A stretch of DNA of 64,000 bases, from positions 5,498 to 69,497 of the forward strand of contig JAUZRK010000021.1 in the NCBI GenBank assembly GCA_030950485.1. The letters run 5' to 3'. How positions within the stretch are numbered: the first letter of the stretch is position 1; the number at the start of each line of letters is the position of its first letter. This document shows, piece after piece, positions 32,395 to 41,332 of this stretch. The notes under the pieces were generated by a model, which had not been told where the DNA came from, made no database searches, and saw nothing but the letters and a program-made list of their open reading frames with translations. This DNA comes from Candidatus Dojkabacteria bacterium (GTDB lineage: Bacteria; Patescibacteriota; Dojkabacteria; J137). The translations under genes were made by a program, and so were the position numbers.

Positions 32395-33450
32395 CTAATT
32401 AAAACCTCGGTACTGTGCAACTTTTGCTTGATGTTCTTCAAATGTTTCTGAATAGAATGTCTGCTTATCGTCTTCAACATGAAAGAAATAATAATTTTCT
32501 GTTTCATTTGGATAGAAAGCTGCTTTAATTGATTCGAATGAGGGACTATTAATTGGTCCTGGAGGCAGTCCAGTATATTTATAAGTATTATAAGGATTAT
32601 CTATTTCTAAATCTGCTAGAGATGCACCAGCTTCATTCTTACCCGTAACATAATTTACAGTAGCATCTGATTGTAAAAGATAATCATCTGCTAGTCTATT
32701 ATGAAAAATCCCAGAAATATCTCCTCTGTCATCCCAACCAGCTGCTTCTTTCTGAATTATAGAAGCTAGAGTTAATGCTTCGTAAAGATTCGTAATGTTG
32801 TCTTGATCTAAATTAAGAGGCTCCAATCCAGTTATTAAATTTCCAAGTCTTACAAGTTGTCTATCAATCACTTCGATTGCAGTTACATTTTGATCTAGTT
32901 CATATGTATCAGGGTATAGATATCCTTCTAAACTATTAACATCACTTGGAAGATAATTATCTAAGAATTCTGTAGCTTCTGGAGAAAAATTATAGCTTCT
33001 TGGTGAGTTAACTACAGCACTATATTCTGTAATACTAAAAGCTGAATTCTCTCCTAATTCATCCTTAATTTGTTTTGCCATTAAATCAGATCTAAGGTCT
33101 TCATCAATTTGTACTAAAACTCCTTCTCTATATGTATCTAGTTTTAGTGTTTCAATGATTACAGGTACATCACTTCCGGCTTTAATTAAATGCTCTCCAA
33201 ATTTTACATGAGTATTTACATTGTTTAATTTTGTATAAACCTTTATAGCTAATACATTGTCAACTAAACCTTCATTCTTAAGATTTTCCAGAACGTCTGC
33301 AAAGCCCTCTCCTTGATTAACGATGAATAATGTATCTTTTTCTACTTTGTTTTCATAAATAGCGTTGTTATACCAATTCCTACCATAGATAAAAACGCCA
33401 ATCATACCTACGAAAATTATTAGTAATAAAGTTAATATTGTTTTTCTCAT
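32395..33450 (-). CDS. mltG: Endolytic murein transglycosylase MltG (YceG-like)
   Basis: N-terminal TM helix. YceG signature ASIIQKEAAG...FHNRL...LQSDATVNY...DNPYNTYKYTGLPPGPINSP. Confidence 0.85.
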   Translation of the reverse strand: MRKTILTLLLIIFVGMIGVFIYGRNWYNNAIYENKVEKDTLFIVNQGEGFADVLENLKNEGLVDNVLAIKVYTKLNNVNTHVKFGEHLIKAGSDVPVIIETLKLDTYREGVLVQIDEDLRSDLMAKQIKDELGENSAFSITEYSAVVNSPRSYNFSPEATEFLDNYLPSDVNSLEGYLYPDTYELDQNVTAIEVIDRQLVRLGNLITGLEPLNLDQDNITNLYEALTLASIIQKEAAGWDDRGDISGIFHNRLADDYLLQSDATVNYVTGKNEAGASLADLEIDNPYNTYKYTGLPPGPINSPSFESIKAAFYPNETENYYFFHVEDDKQTFYSETFEEHQAKVAQYRGFN

Positions 33451-33506
33451 TTTATTTTGTATTATTTAAAATTCTTTTATATATTAAAGTATACCAAATC
33501 TAAAAT

Positions 33507-33998
33507 ATGAAAAATCTTAAACTGATAGAATTTCTTAAAAAAAGTCTTAATAACTGCTACCTTGGAGACTTAAAAAAAGCAGAAAATATTGAAAGAAAAG
33601 GCTTTTTTGAAATGGAATTTAGTGAAGATGATTTAAATTATAGAGATAGTTTTATCGGTTTTTATTTATCTACGGGCTCAGAAATAATAAGAGAAGGCGA
33701 TAGGCCAATTTGGGTCCGAAACTATAGGGGTGGGTTGATTGATAAGTATGTAGGAAATAAAGAAATTTTTACTGAGCTTGAAGAATTTTTAAGAAAATGT
33801 TTAAAGATAGGGTTACAAGAAGATGGGTTTACTCCAAGAGGACCGAAGGAACTTAAATCAGGAGACTGGTTATATAAATGTAATTGGCAGGGGGACTTTA
33901 ATAACTTTAAAGGGAGAGAAACAATTAAACTAAAAGAAGAAGAAATTTTCTACCATGACTTTATTGGCGGAGATATTATTGGGAAGGACTTTAATTGA
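33507..33998 (+). CDS. Hypothetical protein
   Basis: ORF only. Confidence 0.35.
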   Translation: MKNLKLIEFLKKSLNNCYLGDLKKAENIERKGFFEMEFSEDDLNYRDSFIGFYLSTGSEIIREGDRPIWVRNYRGGLIDKYVGNKEIFTELEEFLRKCLKIGLQEDGFTPRGPKELKSGDWLYKCNWQGDFNNFKGRETIKLKEEEIFYHDFIGGDIIGKDFN

Positions 33999-34443
33999 TT
34001 TTATGATCTAAATATTCTTGTAACATTATTCTTGCAGCCTCGCTATCTAAATGTTTCGACTTGAATTTGGAATAATGGTGGTTGATTTTTGCTTGCTTAC
34101 TTGTTAATGTCTCATTAATCTTAACTATCTTTAATGAATCATTATTTTTTTCAAGACTTTCTATAAACTCATCAATCTCAAAACAAATCTTTGTTTTCTC
34201 GAAATCGGAATTTAATGGATAACCAATTAGAATAATATTAGTACCATTTTTTTCTAAGACCTCATTAATTTTCTCAATTAAATTAGTATTTGTATCGACG
34301 TATAGAATGGGAAGCTTTAATGCAAAAGCTAAGTCTTCATCTGAAATTGCTAATCCAATTTTTTTTGTTCCATAGTCAATGCTAAGGATTCTTTCATTAT
34401 CCATAAATAATTTTAACAGAAAAATCTTTCTCAATTCTTTCAA
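33991..34443 (-). CDS. ruvX: Holliday-junction resolvase-like RuvX/YqgF
   Basis: ILSIDYGTKKIGLAISD matches the YqgF signature. Size about 150 aa. Confidence 0.75.
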   Translation of the reverse strand: MKELRKIFLLKLFMDNERILSIDYGTKKIGLAISDEDLAFALKLPILYVDTNTNLIEKINEVLEKNGTNIILIGYPLNSDFEKTKICFEIDEFIESLEKNNDSLKIVKINETLTSKQAKINHHYSKFKSKHLDSEAARIMLQEYLDHKIN

Positions 34444-34492
34444 ATATAAAACATTAAAGTTCTATTCATCATAAATAGTAGGAAAATAATTT

Positions 34493-35191
34493 ATGAAGAG
34501 TTTTCTAAATATCGTAGTAAATATATTTTTACCAAAGAGCTGCTATGTTTGTCGTAAAGAGGGTAGTTATATTTGCTCTAAATGTTTTAAAAGAAAGTGC
34601 GAATTTAACTTTTTTCAAAAATGTCACGTATGTAAGAAGGAATCACATATAGGTTTTGTTCATAGAGATTGTAGGGAATCAACTTATCTTGATGGTTTGA
34701 TATATGTTACTAATTATAATGATCTTGTTGAAAAACTTATCATCAATGGAAAATACAATTTGTATTTTGAAATATTTAATGATTTAGGGAAGATAATGGC
34801 GGAGTATTTTAAACTTTATAATTTTAGTAATCCGACTTTGACATATGTCCCGTCTTTTAAAAGAAAAATTAGAGAACGGGGATTTAATCAAACAAAAATC
34901 TTAGCAAAGAAAGTTAGTAGTGAAACTGGAAAAAAATGCATGAGGCTTTTGAAAAGAACTAGACATACGCACTCTCAGCTAGGGCTTTCTGAAGCTGAGA
35001 GATTTAGAAATCTTAAAGGAGCTTTTGAGATAAATGAAAAAGAATTTAGTTATCTAGATAGTGCCTCAACTATCATACTAATAGATGACGTTTATACAAC
35101 AGGAAGTACACTAAATGAATGTGCAAAGGTTATTAAAGAAAGATTAAACATAACTGTAATCGGTTTTGCTTTTGCAAGGAGTAGAGTTTGA
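34493..35191 (+). CDS. comFC: ComF-family phosphoribosyltransferase-like protein
   Basis: N-terminal Cys4 zinc-finger (CYVCRK...CSKCFKR...CHVCKK) and C-terminal PRTase motif ILIDDVYTTGSTL. Confidence 0.7.
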   Translation: MKSFLNIVVNIFLPKSCYVCRKEGSYICSKCFKRKCEFNFFQKCHVCKKESHIGFVHRDCRESTYLDGLIYVTNYNDLVEKLIINGKYNLYFEIFNDLGKIMAEYFKLYNFSNPTLTYVPSFKRKIRERGFNQTKILAKKVSSETGKKCMRLLKRTRHTHSQLGLSEAERFRNLKGAFEINEKEFSYLDSASTIILIDDVYTTGSTLNECAKVIKERLNITVIGFAFARSRV

Positions 35192-35217
35192 TATAAATGA
35201 CTTTTTTAAATTATGTA

Positions 35218-36084
35218 TCATTCAAACTTAGCAAACTGATTTTCTCCCCAACTCTTGATTACGCTCGGAGTCACTGCTTCTGCTGAAACCCAAAGCGTTA
35301 GAAAAATTGATTTAAAACTTTTTGCTAATGAACTACTCTGAATGACAATTCCATAAGCTTCATCTTCATTTGTAGAAGCAATCATTGCAGTACTTTCTGT
35401 AATAGCTAATCTTTGATATTGCTCAAAGATAGGCGAGTCAATAAATCTATATTCTCTTGCTTTTATATAATCAGGGTCTCTTTGATATTGGTAGGTTAAA
35501 ATATGTTTTGTCCAATCGTTTAGCGGGATTAATTCTTTAATTACTTGACCAGATTCTAAAACTTTTTTAGTTACTTCTTCTATATCCTTGTTAATAAAAC
35601 CTTTTCCAAAAGCATCCATAGGCATTAAATGTGTTATAACATTTATAGGTACCTCACCTCTAACTTCATTTTCCATTAAGTACACTTTTTTAGCTCCTTC
35701 AATTCCTTCATAGTATTCGAAATTTGAATTTGAAGGTTTATCCTTATGAAAACTTTCTTTTAAATCTGGAAGGATATTGACTAGATCTACTTCTAATTTA
35801 TATAAATCATTATGTTTTTGTCTAACTGTTTTTCTTAGCGTCGAAGGATTTTTAGCTTTGATTTTTATCTGCTGTTTTGTAAATCCATCACTTCTCCCAA
35901 GCTCTAGTAATCCTTTAAGCGATAGATCTGTAATTACATCGTATACGGTAGTTCTAGGTATAGCTGTTAATTTTGATAATTCATACGGAGATGTCTCATC
36001 AAGCTTTAAAGCTTCTAAATATACTTTTATTTCATTTTCGGAAAGTCCAATTTTCTCTAAAGTCTTAAAAGTTTGTTTATTCAT
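35218..36084 (-). CDS. TrmB-family transcriptional regulator (second copy)
   Basis: N-terminal IGLSENEIKVYLEALKLDETSPYELSKLTAIPRTTVYDVITDLSLKGLLE. Confidence 0.55.
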   Translation of the reverse strand: MNKQTFKTLEKIGLSENEIKVYLEALKLDETSPYELSKLTAIPRTTVYDVITDLSLKGLLELGRSDGFTKQQIKIKAKNPSTLRKTVRQKHNDLYKLEVDLVNILPDLKESFHKDKPSNSNFEYYEGIEGAKKVYLMENEVRGEVPINVITHLMPMDAFGKGFINKDIEEVTKKVLESGQVIKELIPLNDWTKHILTYQYQRDPDYIKAREYRFIDSPIFEQYQRLAITESTAMIASTNEDEAYGIVIQSSSLAKSFKSIFLTLWVSAEAVTPSVIKSWGENQFAKFE

Positions 36085-36187
36085 TATTTCAATAGAGTAG
36101 TAGTAATGTTAATTTTAGCTTCATCGACACTGACCGTCAAGTTTGGATGAATCTGGTTTTTAACGTATTATCCTAATACTAAAATAT

Positions 36188-36259
36188 GGTGTGGTAGCCA
36201 AGCGGTAAGGCAATTTCTCGGAAGAGAATAGATCGTAGGTTCAAATCCTACCCACACCT
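36188..36259 (+). tRNA. tRNA-shaped gene with a Gln-type D-arm and a non-canonical anticodon arm (isotype undetermined; possibly non-decoding or damaged)
   Basis: Perfect 7-bp acceptor stem (GGTGTGG/CCACACC), T-arm GTAGG-TTCAAAT-CCTAC, D-arm GCCAAGCGGTAAGGC. The anticodon region ATTTCTCGGAAGAGAAT folds best as a 5-bp stem (TTCTC/GAGAA) with a GGAA tetraloop. A T5 run follows. Confidence 0.5.
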
Positions 36260-36276
36260 TTTTAAAAATAAACAAA

Positions 36277-37278
36277 ATGAATAAAGAAAAAATAGTTGAA
36301 AAATTAATTGAGCTTCTAGATTTCACAGAAGCAACTCTTACAGAAGTAGATGAAGATCTATTGAAAAATACAGGGCTTGAATCATTTATTTATGTAAAAC
36401 TTACTACACAGAAATTTAGAAACGCGGCATTAAGTAAAAAAATGAAGAGATATATTAGATCTGTTATTAAAGACTCAATAGAGCAAAATCGAGCAATTCA
36501 TATTACTGTTCCATTTGGTGGATACAAACATTATAAAAACAAATATTACCCAAATATTGGTTGGGCAGAAGTTTTTAATCTTATTCATCTTTTAGATTAT
36601 GTCAAAGTAATTTCTAAGGCGTACAAACCTGGAATAATTTTAGAATATTTCTATGACGAGATTTTTGTCGAGAGATTAAATAAAATCCCCCAAAAAGATC
36701 TCGATACTTATAATAAAAACTTTGCTGATTTATGTGCTCATTATAACGAATTAACTCCAAGTCATATTGATATTAGATATTCTAAGATAAGCGATAAGGT
36801 AGGTCCGGAAGTGCTTCATACTCGTTTTGATAAAGCAATTGAAAAGCTTGAGAAAGAGTGGGACGATCTTGGGGAAGATGCGAAAAATATAAGGTTAGGT
36901 AAAGCGAGAAGAAATTATGCTTTTAGTATTGAGCATCTTTCAGGGAGTCAACAAAATGAGATCTTAAAAGAACCAGCACTAATTCACGATGCATTTATAT
37001 TTGGTGACTGGGAGGAAGGAGTACACTGGGCTTTTGAAAACTATATGATTCCAATTGGCTTCAGATATACAGGAGAGTGGGGAATTGGAATATATAGTTC
37101 AAAAGGTGGGAGCTCAGTTCAATTCTGGGTTGGACATGGAGTTCTACAGATAGTAGAAGACAAAGTTAAGCCACATATCTATACGCATAAGCAATTAGAA
37201 CAGATAAAATCTTCGATAGAATCTATAAACTTAGATCTGCAATATCCCTTCCCAGACTCAATTATTATAAGTCACTAA
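36277..37278 (+). CDS. Hypothetical protein
   Basis: ORF only. Confidence 0.4.
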   Translation: MNKEKIVEKLIELLDFTEATLTEVDEDLLKNTGLESFIYVKLTTQKFRNAALSKKMKRYIRSVIKDSIEQNRAIHITVPFGGYKHYKNKYYPNIGWAEVFNLIHLLDYVKVISKAYKPGIILEYFYDEIFVERLNKIPQKDLDTYNKNFADLCAHYNELTPSHIDIRYSKISDKVGPEVLHTRFDKAIEKLEKEWDDLGEDAKNIRLGKARRNYAFSIEHLSGSQQNEILKEPALIHDAFIFGDWEEGVHWAFENYMIPIGFRYTGEWGIGIYSSKGGSSVQFWVGHGVLQIVEDKVKPHIYTHKQLEQIKSSIESINLDLQYPFPDSIIISH

Positions 37279-37339
37279 TGCTTGGCAGCATATATCTATT
37301 TGTGCTAGAATCTCAGGCTAATTTATTAATAGATTTAAC

Positions 37340-37804
37340 ATGGCTGATGAGTATAATGGGGATGATTTGAATATTGAGGATCCAGAAGCTACAGTTCCGG
37401 ATATAACCCAACCTGGACAACTAGAAGAATATCATACTGAGGCAATTCCTAAGAGACAACTTGAATCTGTTATGAAGAATATGAGCAATATCGTTGCTTT
37501 GCTAACTAATGGGGATAAAATTGTACTAGAAGAATTTCGTAACGAAGCACATAGGACCAATGCTATTAACTATTTGAAAATTTGTCACAATGCCCTTGTT
37601 CGAATTGATCGAGCTAACGGTGACTATCTTAGTGTTAATCAGAAGGGGCATGATACTGATGATACTATAATAGATGACTTGTTGAGGCGGATTGATGTAT
37701 TAAAAGATTTTATGACGGAATACTTTCCTAAGACAGATTCATTTGAATTTGAGAAATCCATTAGAATACATAGGAAACCATTTGTGAATAATATTAGAGG
37801 TTAA
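37340..37804 (+). CDS. Hypothetical protein
   Basis: ORF only. Confidence 0.35.
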   Translation: MADEYNGDDLNIEDPEATVPDITQPGQLEEYHTEAIPKRQLESVMKNMSNIVALLTNGDKIVLEEFRNEAHRTNAINYLKICHNALVRIDRANGDYLSVNQKGHDTDDTIIDDLLRRIDVLKDFMTEYFPKTDSFEFEKSIRIHRKPFVNNIRG

Positions 37805-37816
37805 GCTTAAAAAACT

Positions 37817-38670
37817 ATGAGTATTCAAGAAGTACAAACAGAAAAAGTATTCCCAGATGAAACAAAACCAGAGCTTGAATTTGAAGATACTCTTGATTCT
37901 ACAGATCCATTTTTTGGAGCAGATACGACGGCTACAGACTCAGGATTTTTTAATCAGGGGGTGCAAAATCAAGATGGAGTACCAGGAGAATATACTCTTC
38001 TCTCAAACAATATCAGGAGGCAGTCGGCTCTAATCAAGACACATTTAAATAAACAAATTGAAGGTAATCAAAGTTCAATAAGAAGCTTAGTAGAGAGTTG
38101 TATTGATAATATGTACTTGCTAGCACTTTCTTATTTTGAAGATAAGGATATTGCGTTTCCTCCATTAGCTGAAGATGTTGAGACGCACGCATATTTTAGA
38201 TATGTTTTTTTAATGTCTAGAGTAGATGAAGTTGGCACTTACATAGGTAATCAAGAGGTAAAAAGCTTTAAATATATAATGGGCAAGTTAGATGAACTTG
38301 ACTTCTTTGCTTTTACTTTGATGAGTAATACTCTAATTATCATTAATTATATAAATACTTCTATAAAAGAAATATCGAATTAAGTTGATACGAAAGAAAG
38401 AGAAAGCGGAGATCCTACCGAACTTGATCGTATTGTTTACATAGAGAGCACTCAACCCGCCAGATTCATTGATGACTCAGATCAAGACCCACCTGTTACC
38501 GAATCGTCTAGATATGACGAGACTAATATTTCTAATAAAAAATTAGCTAGTGCAATAATATTTCAGCTCGAACTTTGCGAGAAGTTAATTGCAGACGAAT
38601 CTAACCCGGATCAAGAATATATGATTAATGCTAAAACTAAGGCATTAAAACAGTTTATAAACTTAGGATA
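37817..38670 (+). pseudogene. Hypothetical protein with an in-frame TAA at 38381..38383 followed by about 95 open codons in the same frame
   Basis: Same-frame continuation VDTKERESGDPTELDRIVYIEST...KALKQFINLG up to the TAA at 38668..38670. No ATG/GTG/TTG start near its beginning. Confidence 0.4.
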
Positions 38671-39436
38671 AGAGTACGTTTATAGGGAATCAAATAAGGG
38701 TTTTGATGATTATTTCCCTAGATCAGAAAATATGAAGGTAATAGATAGATAGGGAATTATAAATTTAGCTATAGCTCATGACTTTTACCAATAGATAAAA
38801 TTGAAGATTTCACAGAAAGATGCTCTGCATTACAAGCTGTAATAATACAGTTGCTGAATGATGAAAGCTGGACGGAAAAATGCTATAATATAATTAGATC
38901 TTTAACAAAGAATAAGCTTTCACCCAAAGATAAATACAAAGATTTATATTCTTCTTGTACTTATTTCCGGGGGGATGCTTATTCGACATTAAATCCTTTT
39001 ATTTTAAGGCAAGCCAGAGTTTTGTAGTTAATTACTCTGTAAAAAGAAACACTACACTTGACTTAAGCGTCAAACAAGAAAATTTCGTAGCTAAGGCAGT
39101 TACTGCAGTAAAGAATTTCTTTACTCCTAACTACAACCTAAACTATGCTTTCGTAGCATAATTTAGATAGTCTTAACTATGCTGGTGGAAAAACAAAAAG
39201 TACCCAGCTGTTTAATTTATTTTTCTCCGAATGAAAATTTATTAAACGTCTACTCAGTTCGGATACAGAATTACTCTTTAGTTTATGGAGTAATTTCATG
39301 CTTAATATAAACTCGGAGTTTTATGTTTTTGTTAAGTTTCTATATAACTCTTCGTAAAAAATAAACTTAAATAAGCTTGTACACTTTGAGATTTTAGATT
39401 TAATGGACACGGGAAATCCGTCATCTCCACCAAAAG

Positions 39437-39467
39437 AGCCTGAGTACCACACTCGGGCTTTTTTTTA
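39437..39467 (+). terminator. Intrinsic terminator (hairpin plus U8) upstream of yidC
   Basis: AGCCTGAGT-accac-ACTCGGGCT-tttttttt. Confidence 0.5.
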
Positions 39468-39521
39468 TAATCACTTGTTTTCTTTAAGTATGGTAAAATA
39501 ATTCGTTTTATTAGACACATT

Positions 39522-40484
39522 ATGTTTGGAATTTTAAGTACAATTTTTTACGAGCCGTTATACAACGCGTTAGTCATTTTTTATCACGCCTTGGGTGATA
39601 ATCTAGGGCTTGCAATTATTTCTGTAGCTATTGTTACTAGGACTCTTATGACTCCTATGACGATTAAACAGATTAAGTTGGCTGAAATGAATAGAGAGTT
39701 TTCAGAGAAAGTAAAAGAACTGAAAAGAAAATATAAGGATGATAAAGAGAGACAGCAAAAAGAAATAATGCAGATTAATTCGCAATATTTACCAGCGCAG
39801 CTAGGAGGATGTTTACCAATGATTTTTCAAGTAGTATTCTTTATATATGCCTACAGAGTTATTAGAGATATTGTTAATACTGGAGGATTAGGATTTAACA
39901 AAGTTGCTTATAGCTTTGTTGATAAATTTCCTAGTGATTACAAAATGGATGGAAATTTTTTTGGTATTTTTGATGCTATAAAATCCCCTGCACAAGCATT
40001 TGGAGATCATGGATTTGGCGTTAAATTCTTACCATACATTATCTTAATTGTAGCTGTTGGAATTTCTCAGTACATGTCTATGAAGATTCTTTCTGCAATA
40101 AGAAAGAGTAGAAAACCAGAGAAAGTAGAAAAGAAGAAAAAAGAAGATGAAAAAGAAGATTTCTCAGAAATTATGCAAAGATCAACAAAGCAAACAATGA
40201 TGTTAATGCCTCTGATGATAATGTTCTTTTCATATAATTTACCATCAGCATTGGCTTTATACTGGATTACACAAAGTAGCTTTGTTGTAGTACAACAGTC
40301 ACTAATTGCAAAAATTAGAGGAGATTTAGATCCAGAAGGTAGCAAAACAGTTAAGAGTAACTCATCAGAAACTGAAGTAATAGAGGCTGATAGCATGTTA
40401 CTTCATGAAACAGATGACTTGAAAAAACGTTTACAAAAAAAGAAAAGACAGAAGAAAAATAAGAAGAAACGACAAACTAAATAA
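39522..40484 (+). CDS. yidC: Membrane protein insertase YidC (short monoderm Oxa1/SpoIIIJ type) with a lysine-rich C-terminal tail
   Basis: YidC/Oxa1 core (GLAIISVAIVTRTLMTPMTIKQ...YLPAQLGGCLPMIFQVVFF) and a C-terminal KKRLQKKKRQKKNKKKRQTK tail. Confidence 0.85.
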   Translation: MFGILSTIFYEPLYNALVIFYHALGDNLGLAIISVAIVTRTLMTPMTIKQIKLAEMNREFSEKVKELKRKYKDDKERQQKEIMQINSQYLPAQLGGCLPMIFQVVFFIYAYRVIRDIVNTGGLGFNKVAYSFVDKFPSDYKMDGNFFGIFDAIKSPAQAFGDHGFGVKFLPYIILIVAVGISQYMSMKILSAIRKSRKPEKVEKKKKEDEKEDFSEIMQRSTKQTMMLMPLMIMFFSYNLPSALALYWITQSSFVVVQQSLIAKIRGDLDPEGSKTVKSNSSETEVIEADSMLLHETDDLKKRLQKKKRQKKNKKKRQTK

Positions 40485-40555
40485 AAAAGATTCAAAATCT
40501 CGAATTATGAGTTTTAAATTCATAATTCGTAATTTTTAATTTTTAATTAACAGAG

Positions 40556-41194
40556 ATGAAGCTCTCAGTACAAAATAGAGAAATAACCGGAAAAAAGGTG
40601 AAGCATCTAAGAGGACAAGATATTATCCCAGCTTCTGTTTTCGGTCCAGGCTTCGAGCCAAGAAATGTTCAAGTTAATAGAAAAGAACTAGCTAAAATTT
40701 TTAAAGAAGCAAGTTACAATAAGTTTATCGATCTTGAATTAGAGGGAGATAAAGTGTTTAAGGCTTTGATTAAAGATGTACAGATTCACCCTGTAAGAGA
40801 TTACTTTATATCAGCCGCATTTTATAAAGTTGATGAAAGTAGAAAGATTTCTGTAGATGTACCTATTAACTATGTAGGAACTTCACCTGCAGAAAAGAAT
40901 AAATTAGGATTCGTAGTATATCAATTCGATACAATTAACCTATATTGTTTACCAAAAGATCTTCCAAACAGTGTAGAGGTAGACCTAAGTACTCTAACAG
41001 AAGGAGGTTCAGTTATTACAGCTGCAGATCTTAAATTACCTGAAGGAGTAGAATTTGACAGTAACGTTGGAGATCCTAGTGCATCAGCATTAGTATATGT
41101 AGCAACTGCTCAAAAGACAGTAGAGACTGATGAAGAATCAGCTGAAGAAGAAGGAAATAGTGAAGAATCTAAAGAAGAAGAATCTGCAGAGTAA
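40556..41194 (+). CDS. rplY: Ribosomal protein L25 / general stress protein Ctc
   Basis: L25/Ctc N-terminal beta-barrel region (REITGKKVKHLRGQDIIPASVFG...), a C-terminal domain, and an acidic tail. Confidence 0.8.
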   Translation: MKLSVQNREITGKKVKHLRGQDIIPASVFGPGFEPRNVQVNRKELAKIFKEASYNKFIDLELEGDKVFKALIKDVQIHPVRDYFISAAFYKVDESRKISVDVPINYVGTSPAEKNKLGFVVYQFDTINLYCLPKDLPNSVEVDLSTLTEGGSVITAADLKLPEGVEFDSNVGDPSASALVYVATAQKTVETDEESAEEEGNSEESKEEESAE

Positions 41195-41216
41195 AATTCT
41201 ATAGTTTAAAAGTAAA

Positions 41217-41247
41217 AGAGAGCCTCTTAAAAAAGGCTCTCTTTTTT
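41217..41247 (+). terminator. Intrinsic terminator after rplY
   Basis: AGAGAGCC-tcttaaaaaa-GGCTCTCT-ttttt (a perfect 8-bp stem). Confidence 0.6.
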
Positions 41248-41332
41248 GTTAATATATCTTGTACTAGTTTTTTAGTTATGATAGCCTGGTATAGTTTAAT
41301 GTTATTTATATAAAAAATATAACCTTTGCTCT

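Noticed and set aside
39170-39520. Search for rpmH (L34) immediately upstream of yidC
   Set aside because: No frame encodes an MKRTxQP-type peptide. The small ORFs present (43 to 68 aa) have no L34 character.
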